A stretch of DNA of 32,000 nt from a virus (IMGVR_UViG_3300042453_005804:1-32000), one strand, 5' to 3'; positions 1 through 6,763 are shown, counted from the stretch's first letter. Program-made: numbers and translations. The notes: generated by a model not told the origin, from the letters alone.

Positions 1-107
1 TCCGCCGCGATCTCCTTGAGTTGGTCGGTGGTCATGGCCGGTGTCACTCCTTCTTCTTCAAGGACTTCGTTGATCAAGCTTCTTAGCTGTTTCGTGGTCA
101 GTTTCAT
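1..107 (-). CDS. N-tag family protein, first 35 codons only (gene runs off left edge)
   Basis: Not in ORF track. ATG (rc of 105-107) is 35 nt from promoter 9-mer 134-142. Reads MKLTTKQLRSLINEVLEEEGVTPAMTTDQLKEIAA with no stop to position 1. N-terminus matches the tag of genes at 23174-26827. Confidence 0.65.
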   Translation of the reverse strand, partial: MKLTTKQLRSLINEVLEEEGVTPAMTTDQLKEIAA

Positions 108-142
108 GACAAGTATATATCTTGTCAGGGGTGACTTTGCAC
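108..142 (-). promoter_or_regulatory. GTGCAAAGT-type promoter, leaderless
   Basis: rc reads GTGCAAAGT..ATATATACT..ATG; ATG at +36 from 9-mer start. Confidence 0.6.
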
Positions 143-147
143 CGGGT

Positions 148-234
148 TCAGGCGGCCATCATCCACCAGGCCGCGAAGGCCGTGGTGGCGACGGTGACGA
201 TGGCTCCGAGGATGTCAGCGGCGGCGTTCTTCAT
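148..234 (-). CDS. 28-aa hydrophobic micro-protein (one predicted TM helix)
   Basis: Not in ORF track. ATG at 232-234 is exactly at +37 of promoter 9-mer 262-270. Reads MKNAAADILGAIVTVATTAFAAWWMMAA, stop rc of 148-150. Confidence 0.5.
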   Translation of the reverse strand: MKNAAADILGAIVTVATTAFAAWWMMAA

Positions 235-270
235 GGTCCCAGTATATCCTATTCAGACGTGACTTTGCAC
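235..270 (-). promoter_or_regulatory. GTGCAAAGT-type promoter, leaderless
   Basis: rc: GTGCAAAGT-N15-TATACT-GGGACC-ATG. Confidence 0.65.
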
Positions 271-429
271 CGACACGGGAGGAACCAACTCCTCCGGCAC
301 CACATTCTCCGGAGTCAAGACGTGACCACGGTAAAATGGCTGGAGCAACACGATGGCTCCCTCGACGGTCCGCGCCCGGACACACTCGCCGGTCTCGACG
401 TAGACCCACCACTTCGTCTTGGTCTTCAT
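253..429 (-). CDS. hypothetical protein, 58 aa
   Basis: Track ORF 253..477 trimmed to the ATG at 429, which is at +37 of 9-mer 457-465. The 16 upstream codons are the translated promoter. Confidence 0.6.
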   Translation of the reverse strand: MKTKTKWWVYVETGECVRARTVEGAIVLLQPFYRGHVLTPENVVPEELVPPVSVQSHV

Positions 430-465
430 ACCACCAGTATACCCTTTCCCGGCGGAACTTTGCAC
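430..465 (-). promoter_or_regulatory. GTGCAAAGT-type promoter, leaderless
   Basis: rc: GTGCAAAGT-N15-TATACT-GGTGGT-ATG. Confidence 0.65.
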
Positions 466-491
466 CGACATGGGCACTTTTTCTCAGGTCA

Positions 492-578
492 CCCAGGATG
501 ACCCAGGAGAGGCCTAGGACAATTCGACCTAGGTTACCCCACCCCCAGTTTCAGGAACCTCTCCTGGGTCATCCTGGG
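492..578. repeat. Intergenic hairpin repeat, copy 1 (orientation A)
   Basis: 21-bp perfect inverted arms CCCAGGATGACCCAGGAGAGG (492-512) / CCTCTCCTGGGTCATCCTGGG (558-578). Core GACCTAGGTTACCCCA is identical to copy 2. Lies 13 nt past the stop of gene 592..1335. Confidence 0.85.
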
Positions 579-591
579 GGTGGGACGAGGG

Positions 592-1335
592 TCAGAACTT
601 ATCTGCCGGGACCCACTGGACGTTCCCCTTGGGGTCCTTCACCCCTGCCCGGGCATTCCACTTGCCGCGGTACTTGGAGACGCCGATCCAGAAGACCTTG
701 CCGGTGAACCCATCGACCGTGACCGTGGTGCCCTTGGTGGGGATCCGGGCCAACTGACCCTCAGCCACCGCCTTCTCGGCCTGGATCTTGGCATCTCGCT
801 TTGCTTGGCGGGCATCCTTCTTCGCCTTCTCGGCGGCGACCTGGGCAGCAGCTTCGGCGAGCTTGGCCATCCGTTCCGCCTCCGCACGGGCGATCCGAGC
901 CGCGTGGTAGGCCTCCCAGACCGCGAGCCCATCGAGCATCTCAGGACCACCGTGGAGGAGCTGCATGTCGAAAGGATCGACCGAAGGCACCAGCGAGTAG
1001 CCGTTACGATCCACGAAGAGGTTAGTGCAATCCACCCAGGCAAACTGCTCGTGGACCTCGAGGTCGCGGATCTTGTCGGCGTCCCACTTGAGAGCGTCGA
1101 AGTAGGCGACGGTGCGACCGCCGGCGTAGTGGGCATCGCGGGCTGGAACGCCGCGGGTGCCGAGCCACACGAGGGCCCAGGTGCACTCCGTCGAGCGGTG
1201 GTCCGAGTAATCGAGGGTGTCCGACCAGTTGCGGGTCTCCGTCGTCTTCTCGATCCGCAGGACGCGGTGCTGGAAGTACACCTCCGATGTGGAGGGGCCG
1301 GGACCGTAGGAGTAGCTCTTCTTGATGATCGGCAT
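592..1335 (-). CDS. hypothetical protein, 247 aa (Ala/Lys-rich helical middle, beta-rich C-terminus)
   Basis: Track ORF; ATG at +37 of 9-mer 1363-1371. Normal amino-acid composition, unlike the overlapping Arg/Pro/Ser-rich shadow ORFs. Confidence 0.75.
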   Translation of the reverse strand: MPIIKKSYSYGPGPSTSEVYFQHRVLRIEKTTETRNWSDTLDYSDHRSTECTWALVWLGTRGVPARDAHYAGGRTVAYFDALKWDADKIRDLEVHEQFAWVDCTNLFVDRNGYSLVPSVDPFDMQLLHGGPEMLDGLAVWEAYHAARIARAEAERMAKLAEAAAQVAAEKAKKDARQAKRDAKIQAEKAVAEGQLARIPTKGTTVTVDGFTGKVFWIGVSKYRGKWNARAGVKDPKGNVQWVPADKF

Positions 1336-1371
1336 GGTTCCAATCTACCACGATCACACAGGACTTTGCAC
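1336..1371 (-). promoter_or_regulatory. GTGCAAAGT-type promoter, leaderless
   Basis: rc: GTGCAAAGT-N15-TAGATT-GGAACC-ATG. Confidence 0.65.
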
Positions 1372-1388
1372 CGCCGCCCGCACTTTTT

Positions 1389-1631
1389 TCAGTCGTCGTC
1401 CACCCCGAAGGTTGAGAGGGGCTCTTCCTCCTCATCATCCTCGCCCACCTCATCCTCGTCTTCGTCCTCATCGATCTCGGCGTCTTCCTCCTCGAGGAAC
1501 CCCTCGCCCACGGCCATCTCGGCCACGTCGGCCTCCGACATGAAGGTCAGGCAGGCCCTCACCAGCACCTCGGCATCCAAGGCGCCTTCTTCCATCATCT
1601 CGAGAAGCTTGTTCGTAACTCGTCGCGTCAT
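1389..1631 (-). CDS. highly acidic 80-aa protein (Asp/Glu tail)
   Basis: Track ORF; ATG at +37 of 9-mer 1659-1667. C-terminal half reads EEEDAEIDEDEDEDEVGEDDEEEEP. Confidence 0.7.
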   Translation of the reverse strand: MTRRVTNKLLEMMEEGALDAEVLVRACLTFMSEADVAEMAVGEGFLEEEDAEIDEDEDEDEVGEDDEEEEPLSTFGVDDD

Positions 1632-1667
1632 GTTGTTACCTTATCTTGTTGGGGGTTGACTTTACAC
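1632..1667 (-). promoter_or_regulatory. GTGTAAAGT-variant promoter, leaderless
   Basis: rc: GTGTAAAGT-N15-TAAGGT-AACAAC-ATG. Confidence 0.6.
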
Positions 1668-1670
1668 CAC

Positions 1671-2057
1671 TCAGGGGAGGGGCTTGAACTCGGGACCCTT
1701 GCCGAAGACCTCACGATCGGCGTAGTGCCAGCTGTAGGTCGATCCTTGATCGTCCCCAGGCCGGAAGAGGTAGACGAACTCATAGCCTCCGTCGTCGAAG
1801 CGGATGCTGCTCGGTTTGGCATAGGTGGAGATGTCGAGGTCATCACCACGGTCACGATGGTAGGCCTGCGTGTAGTCGAGGTCCTCATGGAGAGAGGACA
1901 ACGAGCCGAGGGCCACGAGATCGAGCACCTGGCGGACCGTCGTGTAGTGAGCCTTGAGGGTCGCCCCTACGCCGGCGAGGTATCCATCATGGTGGCAGTA
2001 GATGCCGGTGACCGTGCCGTCGAGGTTCTGGATTCCGATGAAAGAGCGAGTCGACAT
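1671..2057 (-). CDS. hypothetical protein, 128 aa
   Basis: Track ORF; Shine-Dalgarno AGGAGAA 6 nt upstream of the ATG; transcribed from promoter 2123-2158 through a 65-nt leader. Confidence 0.75.
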   Translation of the reverse strand: MSTRSFIGIQNLDGTVTGIYCHHDGYLAGVGATLKAHYTTVRQVLDLVALGSLSSLHEDLDYTQAYHRDRGDDLDISTYAKPSSIRFDDGGYEFVYLFRPGDDQGSTYSWHYADREVFGKGPEFKPLP

Positions 2058-2095
2058 GTAGTTCTCCTGGGCGGAAGGTTGGCGGGGGGATTGGG

Positions 2096-2122
2096 TCAGA
2101 TGCCGATCTTGATCGTTTCCAT
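2096..2122 (-). other. leaderless 8-codon mini-ORF (METIKIGI) in the leader of gene 1671..2057
   Basis: ATG at exactly +37 of 9-mer 2150-2158; stop rc of 2096-2098; followed 38 nt later by the SD-led gene. Confidence 0.35.
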
Positions 2123-2158
2123 TGTTTTACTCTATCACCTCTCTGAGGAACTTTACAC
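2123..2158 (-). promoter_or_regulatory. GTGTAAAGT-variant promoter
   Basis: rc: GTGTAAAGT-N15-TAGAGT-AAAACA-ATG; overlaps the stop codon of gene 2153..2884. Confidence 0.6.
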
Positions 2159-2884
2159 TGCATCGATGCGATGAATCGAGACCGAAGGAGGGAGGCTACC
2201 ATCTCCACATCCGAACACCCGGATCGAATAGTGGGTGACTTCCTTGGGGCAACCCCTACGGTCGACTCGACGGACGTGACGGAACCGGTAGGTCCCAGAA
2301 TCCGGGTACTTTCCGGTCACGGAAGCGTAGGTGGAAGTGAGGCGTACGAATCGGCCTGAGCCGTTGACGCGGAGACCCTTGAAGGCCGCCTCACCGAGGT
2401 TGTCGTAGATTTGCTTGCCAACGAGCTGCTCGTGCTGGCGTTGCGTCCTCTCGACCACCTGAGCGGGTGACTCCATGGTCAACGTGATCTTCTGGGGCAA
2501 CGTCGTTGTCAGCATTTCTCCCAGCATGGCAACCATCGAGACCATGCTTTCCCGCTGCTTCAAAGTCTCTAGGTCCATGTCGCCGCCTGAAGTTCCCACG
2601 GCGATACGTAGGTAGTTTTCTAGCACCATGGCACCTTCATCATTGAGCTGTGCCCCCTTCGGGTCTGCGTTGTAGGCGACCACCAACGTGACCGACGGGT
2701 TGGACTCGTGCCAGGCGCTGCGGGCGGGGTCCAGGTTGAAGTCGTACCGAACCCCGGTCGATCCCTCCGTCACCTCACGAGCGAGGACGTCTCGGTTGTA
2801 CTTGTTCATGTGTGCAACCACACCGTGAGAGCCGATGATGGCCTTAGCGGTGCGGAGGGCTTCGATCCGGGGCGTGGCATCCAT
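2153..2884 (-). CDS. hypothetical protein, 243 aa
   Basis: Track ORF; ATG at +37 of 9-mer 2912-2920. Confidence 0.75.
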   Translation of the reverse strand: MDATPRIEALRTAKAIIGSHGVVAHMNKYNRDVLAREVTEGSTGVRYDFNLDPARSAWHESNPSVTLVVAYNADPKGAQLNDEGAMVLENYLRIAVGTSGGDMDLETLKQRESMVSMVAMLGEMLTTTLPQKITLTMESPAQVVERTQRQHEQLVGKQIYDNLGEAAFKGLRVNGSGRFVRLTSTYASVTGKYPDSGTYRFRHVRRVDRRGCPKEVTHYSIRVFGCGDGSLPPSVSIHRIDAV

Positions 2885-2920
2885 GGTTCTACCTTACCTC
2901 ATTCACCGTGCGCTTTGCAC
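2885..2920 (-). promoter_or_regulatory. GTGCAAAGC-variant promoter, leaderless
   Basis: rc: GTGCAAAGC-N15-TAAGGT-AGAACC-ATG. Confidence 0.6.
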
Positions 2921-3151
2921 TCAGGCGACACCTCGGCGTGACAGTTCGATGCCGAGAAGCTTATAGGCCGTGCGCCAGTTGCGGTGGCGGGCTCGGGCCA
3001 AGACCTGAGTGCCCGCGTCGACCTCGACGAGGAAGTCGCCACCGAACCGCCCCTTGATGCGGGTGCTGCGGACCTCGAGGGGTGTGCCTTCCGAGACGCA
3101 GAAGGAAGCCAGCTCGAGAACCTTCGCCTTGGGAGAGGAGTTTCGCTTCAT
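2921..3151 (-). CDS. hypothetical protein, 76 aa
   Basis: Track ORF; ATG at +37 of 9-mer 3179-3187. Confidence 0.65.
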   Translation of the reverse strand: MKRNSSPKAKVLELASFCVSEGTPLEVRSTRIKGRFGGDFLVEVDAGTQVLARARHRNWRTAYKLLGIELSRRGVA

Positions 3152-3187
3152 GGTTCTACCTTACCTTACCTGAGGTTGACTTTGCAC
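3152..3187 (-). promoter_or_regulatory. GTGCAAAGT-type promoter, leaderless
   Basis: rc: GTGCAAAGT-N15-TAAGGT-AGAACC-ATG. Confidence 0.65.
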
Positions 3188-3192
3188 TGCCC

Positions 3193-3465
3193 TCAGCCGA
3201 CCGCGAGAGAAAGTGCGCAGTAGCGGCCGTCGGGCAGGTTGCCCTCGTAGTTGATGGTCACGGCACCCTCACCGTCGCCGGCGATCTCGACGAACTTGAA
3301 GACCACCACCTTGCCCGTCCGGTGGCTGCGAACCGCGACCTGACCCGGTGCCCAGCCGGACTGCGGGAAGCCGGGGTGATCGCTGATCGACCCCATGCCG
3401 TGTGCGGCGCGGGCGTTGTACCAGTCGAACTTCGAACCGTCGAGGATGATCGGGAAGGTGTTCAT
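3193..3465 (-). CDS. hypothetical protein, 90 aa
   Basis: Track ORF 3193..3501 trimmed. The first 12 codons (MQSSTSKGHTET) are the translated promoter; the real ATG at 3465 is at +37. Confidence 0.65.
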   Translation of the reverse strand: MNTFPIILDGSKFDWYNARAAHGMGSISDHPGFPQSGWAPGQVAVRSHRTGKVVVFKFVEIAGDGEGAVTINYEGNLPDGRYCALSLAVG

Positions 3466-3501
3466 GGTCTCAGTATGCCCTTTCGAGGTCGAACTTTGCA
3501 C
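3466..3501 (-). promoter_or_regulatory. GTGCAAAGT-type promoter, leaderless
   Basis: rc: GTGCAAAGT-N15-CATACT-GAGACC-ATG. Confidence 0.65.
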
Positions 3502-3504
3502 CGC

Positions 3505-3732
3505 TCAGCGGTCGGAATCCGTCAACCGCTCCGGGTTGACCCACAGGAGACTGGGTTCCTCGCCGGGGTGCAGGACCACCTTGACCTGGACGGGATCCCC
3601 GACGACCGGTTGCCGGTAACCTGCATGGGTGATCCGCCGTGGGTCGACCTGGACCACCTCGGCCTCGTAGGCCCCGTGGAGCTGCCCGCGGAGGAGGAGC
3701 TTCTGACCGACCCGGATGTTCCTGTATTCCAT
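3505..3732 (-). CDS. hypothetical protein, 75 aa
   Basis: Track ORF 3505..3768 trimmed by the 12 promoter codons (MQSSTSKGYTEI); ATG 3732 at +37. Confidence 0.65.
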   Translation of the reverse strand: MEYRNIRVGQKLLLRGQLHGAYEAEVVQVDPRRITHAGYRQPVVGDPVQVKVVLHPGEEPSLLWVNPERLTDSDR

Positions 3733-3768
3733 GATCTCAGTATATCCTTTCGAGGTTGAACTTTGCAC
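3733..3768 (-). promoter_or_regulatory. GTGCAAAGT-type promoter, leaderless
   Basis: rc: GTGCAAAGT-N15-TATACT-GAGATC-ATG. Confidence 0.65.
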
Positions 3769-3786
3769 CGTGGTGGAGAACTTTTC

Positions 3787-3975
3787 TCACCGAGCCCACT
3801 GCTGGGGAATGGCCTTCCGCAGGGCCTCGAGGATCCCACCGTAGGAGTCCAGGTCTTCCCCGTCCAGGTCCGACAAGGCCGCGCGGATCCGCTTGGCTTC
3901 CTCGAGGGTGAGGTGGACGTCGACTCCGAGGTCACCGTTGCGGACGAAGGTTCGTGAGGTGCGGGTGATTTCCAT
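3787..3975 (-). CDS. hypothetical protein, 62 aa
   Basis: Track ORF 3787..4011 trimmed by the 12 promoter codons; ATG 3975 at +37. Confidence 0.6.
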   Translation of the reverse strand: MEITRTSRTFVRNGDLGVDVHLTLEEAKRIRAALSDLDGEDLDSYGGILEALRKAIPQQWAR

Positions 3976-4011
3976 GGTCTCAGTATACACTTTCTTCCGC
4001 AAACTTTGCAC
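3976..4011 (-). promoter_or_regulatory. GTGCAAAGT-type promoter, leaderless
   Basis: rc: GTGCAAAGT-N15-TATACT-GAGACC-ATG. Confidence 0.65.
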
Positions 4012-4041
4012 TGCTCACTCGCTTTTTTTTTCACATCCCCC

Positions 4042-4122
4042 AGGATGACCCAGGAGAGGTCGGGGAATGCCGGACCTAGGTTACCCCATCCGACCCCACG
4101 GTAGCCTCTCCTGGGTCATCCT
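4042..4122. repeat. Intergenic hairpin repeat, copy 2 (orientation A)
   Basis: 18-bp perfect arms AGGATGACCCAGGAGAGG (4042-4059) / CCTCTCCTGGGTCATCCT (4105-4122). Core GACCTAGGTTACCCCA at 4073-4088. Abuts the stop of gene 4122..4310. Confidence 0.85.
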
Positions 4123-4310
4123 CAGGCCCAGGACCTGGTGTAGAGATCGTCCAGGGCACTGACGGCAAATGGGGACCCGATGTGTTGCGTCCCGTCAGGC
4201 AACAACGTCACGATCCAGTACACGTCAAGGTGAGGATCGTAGTGAAGCTTCTCCCTGTGCGACATCTCATGCGTCACACGTTTGCCTTCTTTCGTTCTCT
4301 TGACACGCAT
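4122..4310 (-). CDS. hypothetical protein, 62 aa
   Basis: Track ORF; starts 3 nt after the stop of the deaminase gene; GAGGG about 10 nt upstream. Confidence 0.55.
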   Translation of the reverse strand: MRVKRTKEGKRVTHEMSHREKLHYDPHLDVYWIVTLLPDGTQHIGSPFAVSALDDLYTRSWA

Positions 4311-4313
4311 GCT

Positions 4314-4700
4314 TCATCGCCCTCTCATCGGCTTCATTACTTCACCACCGGAGTGCAAATGGATCACTCCATGTTCTATATCTGAAATCGTGTAGGCCAC
4401 TCGAGATACCCCGGCGGCCCGGATACGCACCATGCACCGGGGACAAGGCCGGGCGATACCAAGGGTTCCATCCTTCCGAACACGTGCCACCCAGATCTCA
4501 GACCCGGGAGTCAGCTTCATCGTCAACCGCGCCTCGGCATGTGCATCCGGATGGGGGAATGGAGCAGGTCCATTGGAAGCGGAGACAAGGATACCATCGT
4601 TCCTGATGCCCACCGCTCCGAGGCGGAAGGCACGAAGGTCTGACTTACGAAGGCCTGCACCAGCGGCCATCAGCAACATCTCAGTGTCAGATCGCTTCAT
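4314..4700 (-). CDS. CDA-fold zinc deaminase (cytidine/dCMP/tRNA-adenosine deaminase superfamily)
   Basis: H-A-E (DAHAEARL) and P-C-x-x-C (ARPCPRCMV) zinc motifs at the usual spacing. Start set at ATG 4700 (MKRSDTE), with GGGAG about 11 nt upstream. The track start at 4724 is a GTG. Confidence 0.7.
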   Translation of the reverse strand: MKRSDTEMLLMAAGAGLRKSDLRAFRLGAVGIRNDGILVSASNGPAPFPHPDAHAEARLTMKLTPGSEIWVARVRKDGTLGIARPCPRCMVRIRAAGVSRVAYTISDIEHGVIHLHSGGEVMKPMRGR

Positions 4701-4729
4701 TCGAAAAACCGCTCCCGTGCACACGTGCG

Positions 4730-4743
4730 TGTAACTAGTTGCA
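4730..4743. promoter_or_regulatory. 14-bp palindrome TGTAACTAGTTGCA (family TGCAACTAGTTGCA), candidate operator
   Basis: One mismatch from the perfect palindrome. Its rc is identical to the site at 14173-14186. Central TAG is the stop of gene 4735..4908. Confidence 0.55.
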
Positions 4744-4908
4744 CTCTTTTTCTGCTGCCTCGTCCAATAACGTTGCTAGATGTTTGGCCTCCTTGATTTC
4801 AGCCTTCGCCTCACTGGTCGACATGTTCCAGTACAACTTCGTCTCCACGGCAGTGGCGTACTTCCTCAAGAAGTCGGCCGCGGCCTTCATTTCCTCACGA
4901 GTCATCAT
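4735..4908 (-). CDS. hypothetical protein, 57 aa
   Basis: Track ORF 4735..4992 trimmed to MMTREEM, downstream of variant promoter 4909-4942. Confidence 0.55.
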   Translation of the reverse strand: MMTREEMKAAADFLRKYATAVETKLYWNMSTSEAKAEIKEAKHLATLLDEAAEKECN

Positions 4909-4942
4909 GCTGTTTATATCTTGTTCAGGTGCAGATTTGCAC
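4909..4942 (-). promoter_or_regulatory. GTGCAAATC-variant promoter
   Basis: rc: GTGCAAATC-N15-TATAAA-CAGC-ATG (ATG at +35). Confidence 0.5.
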
Positions 4943-5224
4943 CTATGCGATTCTTTCCATCCACAAGGAGTCGCTGGTGAAATATGTGGCATTGCACCAC
5001 CCAGGGACAGGAGTGGCCACTTTGACAGCCTCGAGGTATTTGTCCAGACCGGAGAACCTCGTTCTCTCAGAGATGATGAGGATCGTGTCTCCTGGCCGGA
5101 TGCATCCCATCATGGTCACCCGGTTGTTGATGACGTCAACGTACGTCGCTGGATGATCCGTGATGTTACCCCATATCGATGGAGCGTAGGGCTTCACCTG
5201 CCACATGGTTCCTGTCAGCTTCAT
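4943..5224 (-). CDS. hypothetical protein, 93 aa
   Basis: Track ORF; ATGA start/stop overlap with upstream gene 5221..5565. Confidence 0.6.
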   Translation of the reverse strand: MKLTGTMWQVKPYAPSIWGNITDHPATYVDVINNRVTMMGCIRPGDTILIISERTRFSGLDKYLEAVKVATPVPGWCNATYFTSDSLWMERIA

Positions 5225-5565
5225 TTGGGTGCCTTGGCAACTTTGCGGTGAATGGCGTTGAGGACCTCACCCTTTCTGAAGTTCTTCGCCTTGCGGGATG
5301 GGATCGCCTCGCCATGTTCGATGTTATGAAGCCGGCGCCTGGAGTTTTTTCCTGGACGCTTCAGGCTGTGCTCAACCAGCTTCCTCCAGAGCTTGCGGAA
5401 CTTGCGCTTCATCGCGCGTGCCTCGTCTGGGGGGAACTCGGCAAGGATCTTGTTGATGTCGAAGTAGGCCGGAGCGCCGACCTCTTGACGCCACGCAAGC
5501 GGAACGACACCCTTATTCAGAAATTCGATCTGCAACTTTAGCTTGAAAATCGAATCGTCGTACAC
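5221..5565 (-). CDS. basic hypothetical protein, 114 aa
   Basis: Track ORF; GTG start with GGAGG 5 nt upstream (rc of 5571-5575). Confidence 0.65.
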   Translation of the reverse strand: MYDDSIFKLKLQIEFLNKGVVPLAWRQEVGAPAYFDINKILAEFPPDEARAMKRKFRKLWRKLVEHSLKRPGKNSRRRLHNIEHGEAIPSRKAKNFRKGEVLNAIHRKVAKAPK

Positions 5566-5621
5566 TGTTTCCTCCGAAACCCGGGGTTAGTTACTATGGA
5601 GGAAGAAGGTCCTCCGTTCAC

Positions 5622-5804
5622 CTACTTAATCGGCAGCTTCCTGTCGTGGCAGCCCTTCATGCCGCTAATGACCACAATCATAACGATTGTTTGGTCAGGA
5701 TTACAAGTTACCACGACCTGTATCCCAGGGGATCCATCTGGATTCGAACCAGAATCGATGTCACCATCGCAACCACATTTATGGACCCATTCGTACTGTA
5801 TCAC
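5622..5804 (-). CDS. possible 60-aa Cys-containing protein
   Basis: Frame of track ORF 5622..5936 trimmed to an in-frame GTG that forms a GTGA overlap with the stop of 5801..6025. No other support. Confidence 0.3.
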   Translation of the reverse strand: MIQYEWVHKCGCDGDIDSGSNPDGSPGIQVVVTCNPDQTIVMIVVISGMKGCHDRKLPIK

Positions 5805-6025
5805 GACGTCGTGAAGATTTGCACAGCGGACACACCATTTTCTGGAAACAACCCGTTCGCAACATAGTTTGCAATCGACCCGCAGGCCTCCGCTTCGTCT
5901 GCATAACGAGTCGCTAACATTGGATCGTAGACCCAACCCTCATTAGGGTTCCAGTAGACGAATTCTTGTCCACCTCGAACACCATTTTTGGTGCGAATCA
6001 CCCAGCATGACGTCATCGTTTGCAT
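5801..6025 (-). CDS. hypothetical protein, 74 aa
   Basis: Track ORF 5801..6085 (TTG start) trimmed to ATG 6025, 1 nt after the stop of 6027..6248. Confidence 0.5.
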   Translation of the reverse strand: MQTMTSCWVIRTKNGVRGGQEFVYWNPNEGWVYDPMLATRYADEAEACGSIANYVANGLFPENGVSAVQIFTTS

Positions 6026-6026
6026 A

Positions 6027-6248
6027 TCAGAATCCCATGTCACCCAATCCCCCGTAACCTGCTTTACCGAGGGCGACCCCTGCAAGGTGCTCTGGTGCTA
6101 CGTGAAGTCCGTTGCGCGCCCCTAGGTAAATATCCTCTAACATCTGACGTTGGTGTTTGAGTGCCATGATGACCTCCTCACGCAGATGTGGTGGGGTGGA
6201 GGAGTCGCGGAGTCGCATGATCAAGTCATTGAATTCATCGTTGTTCAT
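6027..6248 (-). CDS. hypothetical protein, 73 aa
   Basis: Track ORF; directly abuts the stop of 6249..6518. Confidence 0.55.
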   Translation of the reverse strand: MNNDEFNDLIMRLRDSSTPPHLREEVIMALKHQRQMLEDIYLGARNGLHVAPEHLAGVALGKAGYGGLGDMGF

Positions 6249-6518
6249 TTACCCTCGTGTGGTATAGTAAAGAATGGTTCCAAGAATCACAAACCCCGAA
6301 ACGAACAGTTTGATGTGGCGTTTCCACCAAGGTTTACGAAGTTCATGGATGGGTCGACCCGTCGCCTGGGATACAAGACCCCAAACATACTCCATTTGTT
6401 CTGGGGGGATTTGTTTCAGATAGAACTGAGCTGAGGCCTCATCTCCTCTCTTCAATGATTCCATGGCCGTTCTGAAGATGAACAGGATCCTGTGGTCATC
6501 AATCCACGCCACTGTCAC
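6249..6518 (-). CDS. hypothetical protein, 89 aa, C-terminal TM helix
   Basis: Track ORF; GTGA overlap with 6515..6727; hydrophobic FVSGFVILGTILYY. Confidence 0.55.
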   Translation of the reverse strand: MTVAWIDDHRILFIFRTAMESLKRGDEASAQFYLKQIPPEQMEYVWGLVSQATGRPIHELRKPWWKRHIKLFVSGFVILGTILYYTTRG

Positions 6519-6727
6519 ACCCCCGCAAGCCTGCAGGCCTCCTTCAACCTGAGAACATCGCGGAGTGTCGGCATCCCTGATTTTGCAGCCGCTAGAGCAG
6601 CTTGATCTAGCCCGACCAGGCTTACCTGACCCTTCTTCAAACGTTCGACAAGAGCTTCGCCGATCGACCTAAGATGCGAAGAAGAGTAGTACGTCAGGTC
6701 GACGTTGTCTGTCGGCAAGATCCGCAT
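6515..6727 (-). CDS. hypothetical protein, 70 aa
   Basis: Track ORF; ATG at +37 of variant 9-mer 6755-6763. First gene of a tightly overlapping low-GC operon running to about 4943. Confidence 0.6.
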   Translation of the reverse strand: MRILPTDNVDLTYYSSSHLRSIGEALVERLKKGQVSLVGLDQAALAAAKSGMPTLRDVLRLKEACRLAGV

Positions 6728-6763
6728 GATTATACCCTATCATTTGTTTCAGCGACTTTACAA
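6728..6763 (-). promoter_or_regulatory. TTGTAAAGT-variant promoter, leaderless
   Basis: rc: TTGTAAAGT-N15-TAGGGT-ATAATC-ATG. Confidence 0.55.

Noticed and set aside
580-1659. Long ORFs 580..1659 (+, 359 aa), 639..1343 (-), 801..1025 (+), 1022..1471 (-) and 1322..1543 (+) overlapping genes 592..1335 and 1389..1631
   Set aside because: These are GC-rich shadow frames. Their translations are Arg/Pro/Ser/Gly low-complexity, they have no promoter or SD, and they run through promoter motifs. The chosen frames have balanced composition and exact promoter spacing.
3466-3501. N-terminal extensions MQSSTSKG(H/Y)TE.. on ORF-track entries 3193..3501, 3505..3768, 3787..4011, 11449..11733 and 13033..13284, which look like a conserved signal peptide
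   Set aside because: The shared 12 codons are simply the conserved promoter (GTGCAAAGT..TATACT..) read in frame. The genuine ATG is the second Met, exactly at promoter +37.
3082-3759. Plus-strand ORFs in the minus-strand block (2984..3223, 3082..3759, 10043..10534, 10206..10844, 11615..12073, 11728..12192)
   Set aside because: They cross several promoters and genes of the opposite strand, and their composition is low-complexity. None has a promoter 9-mer in the plus orientation.
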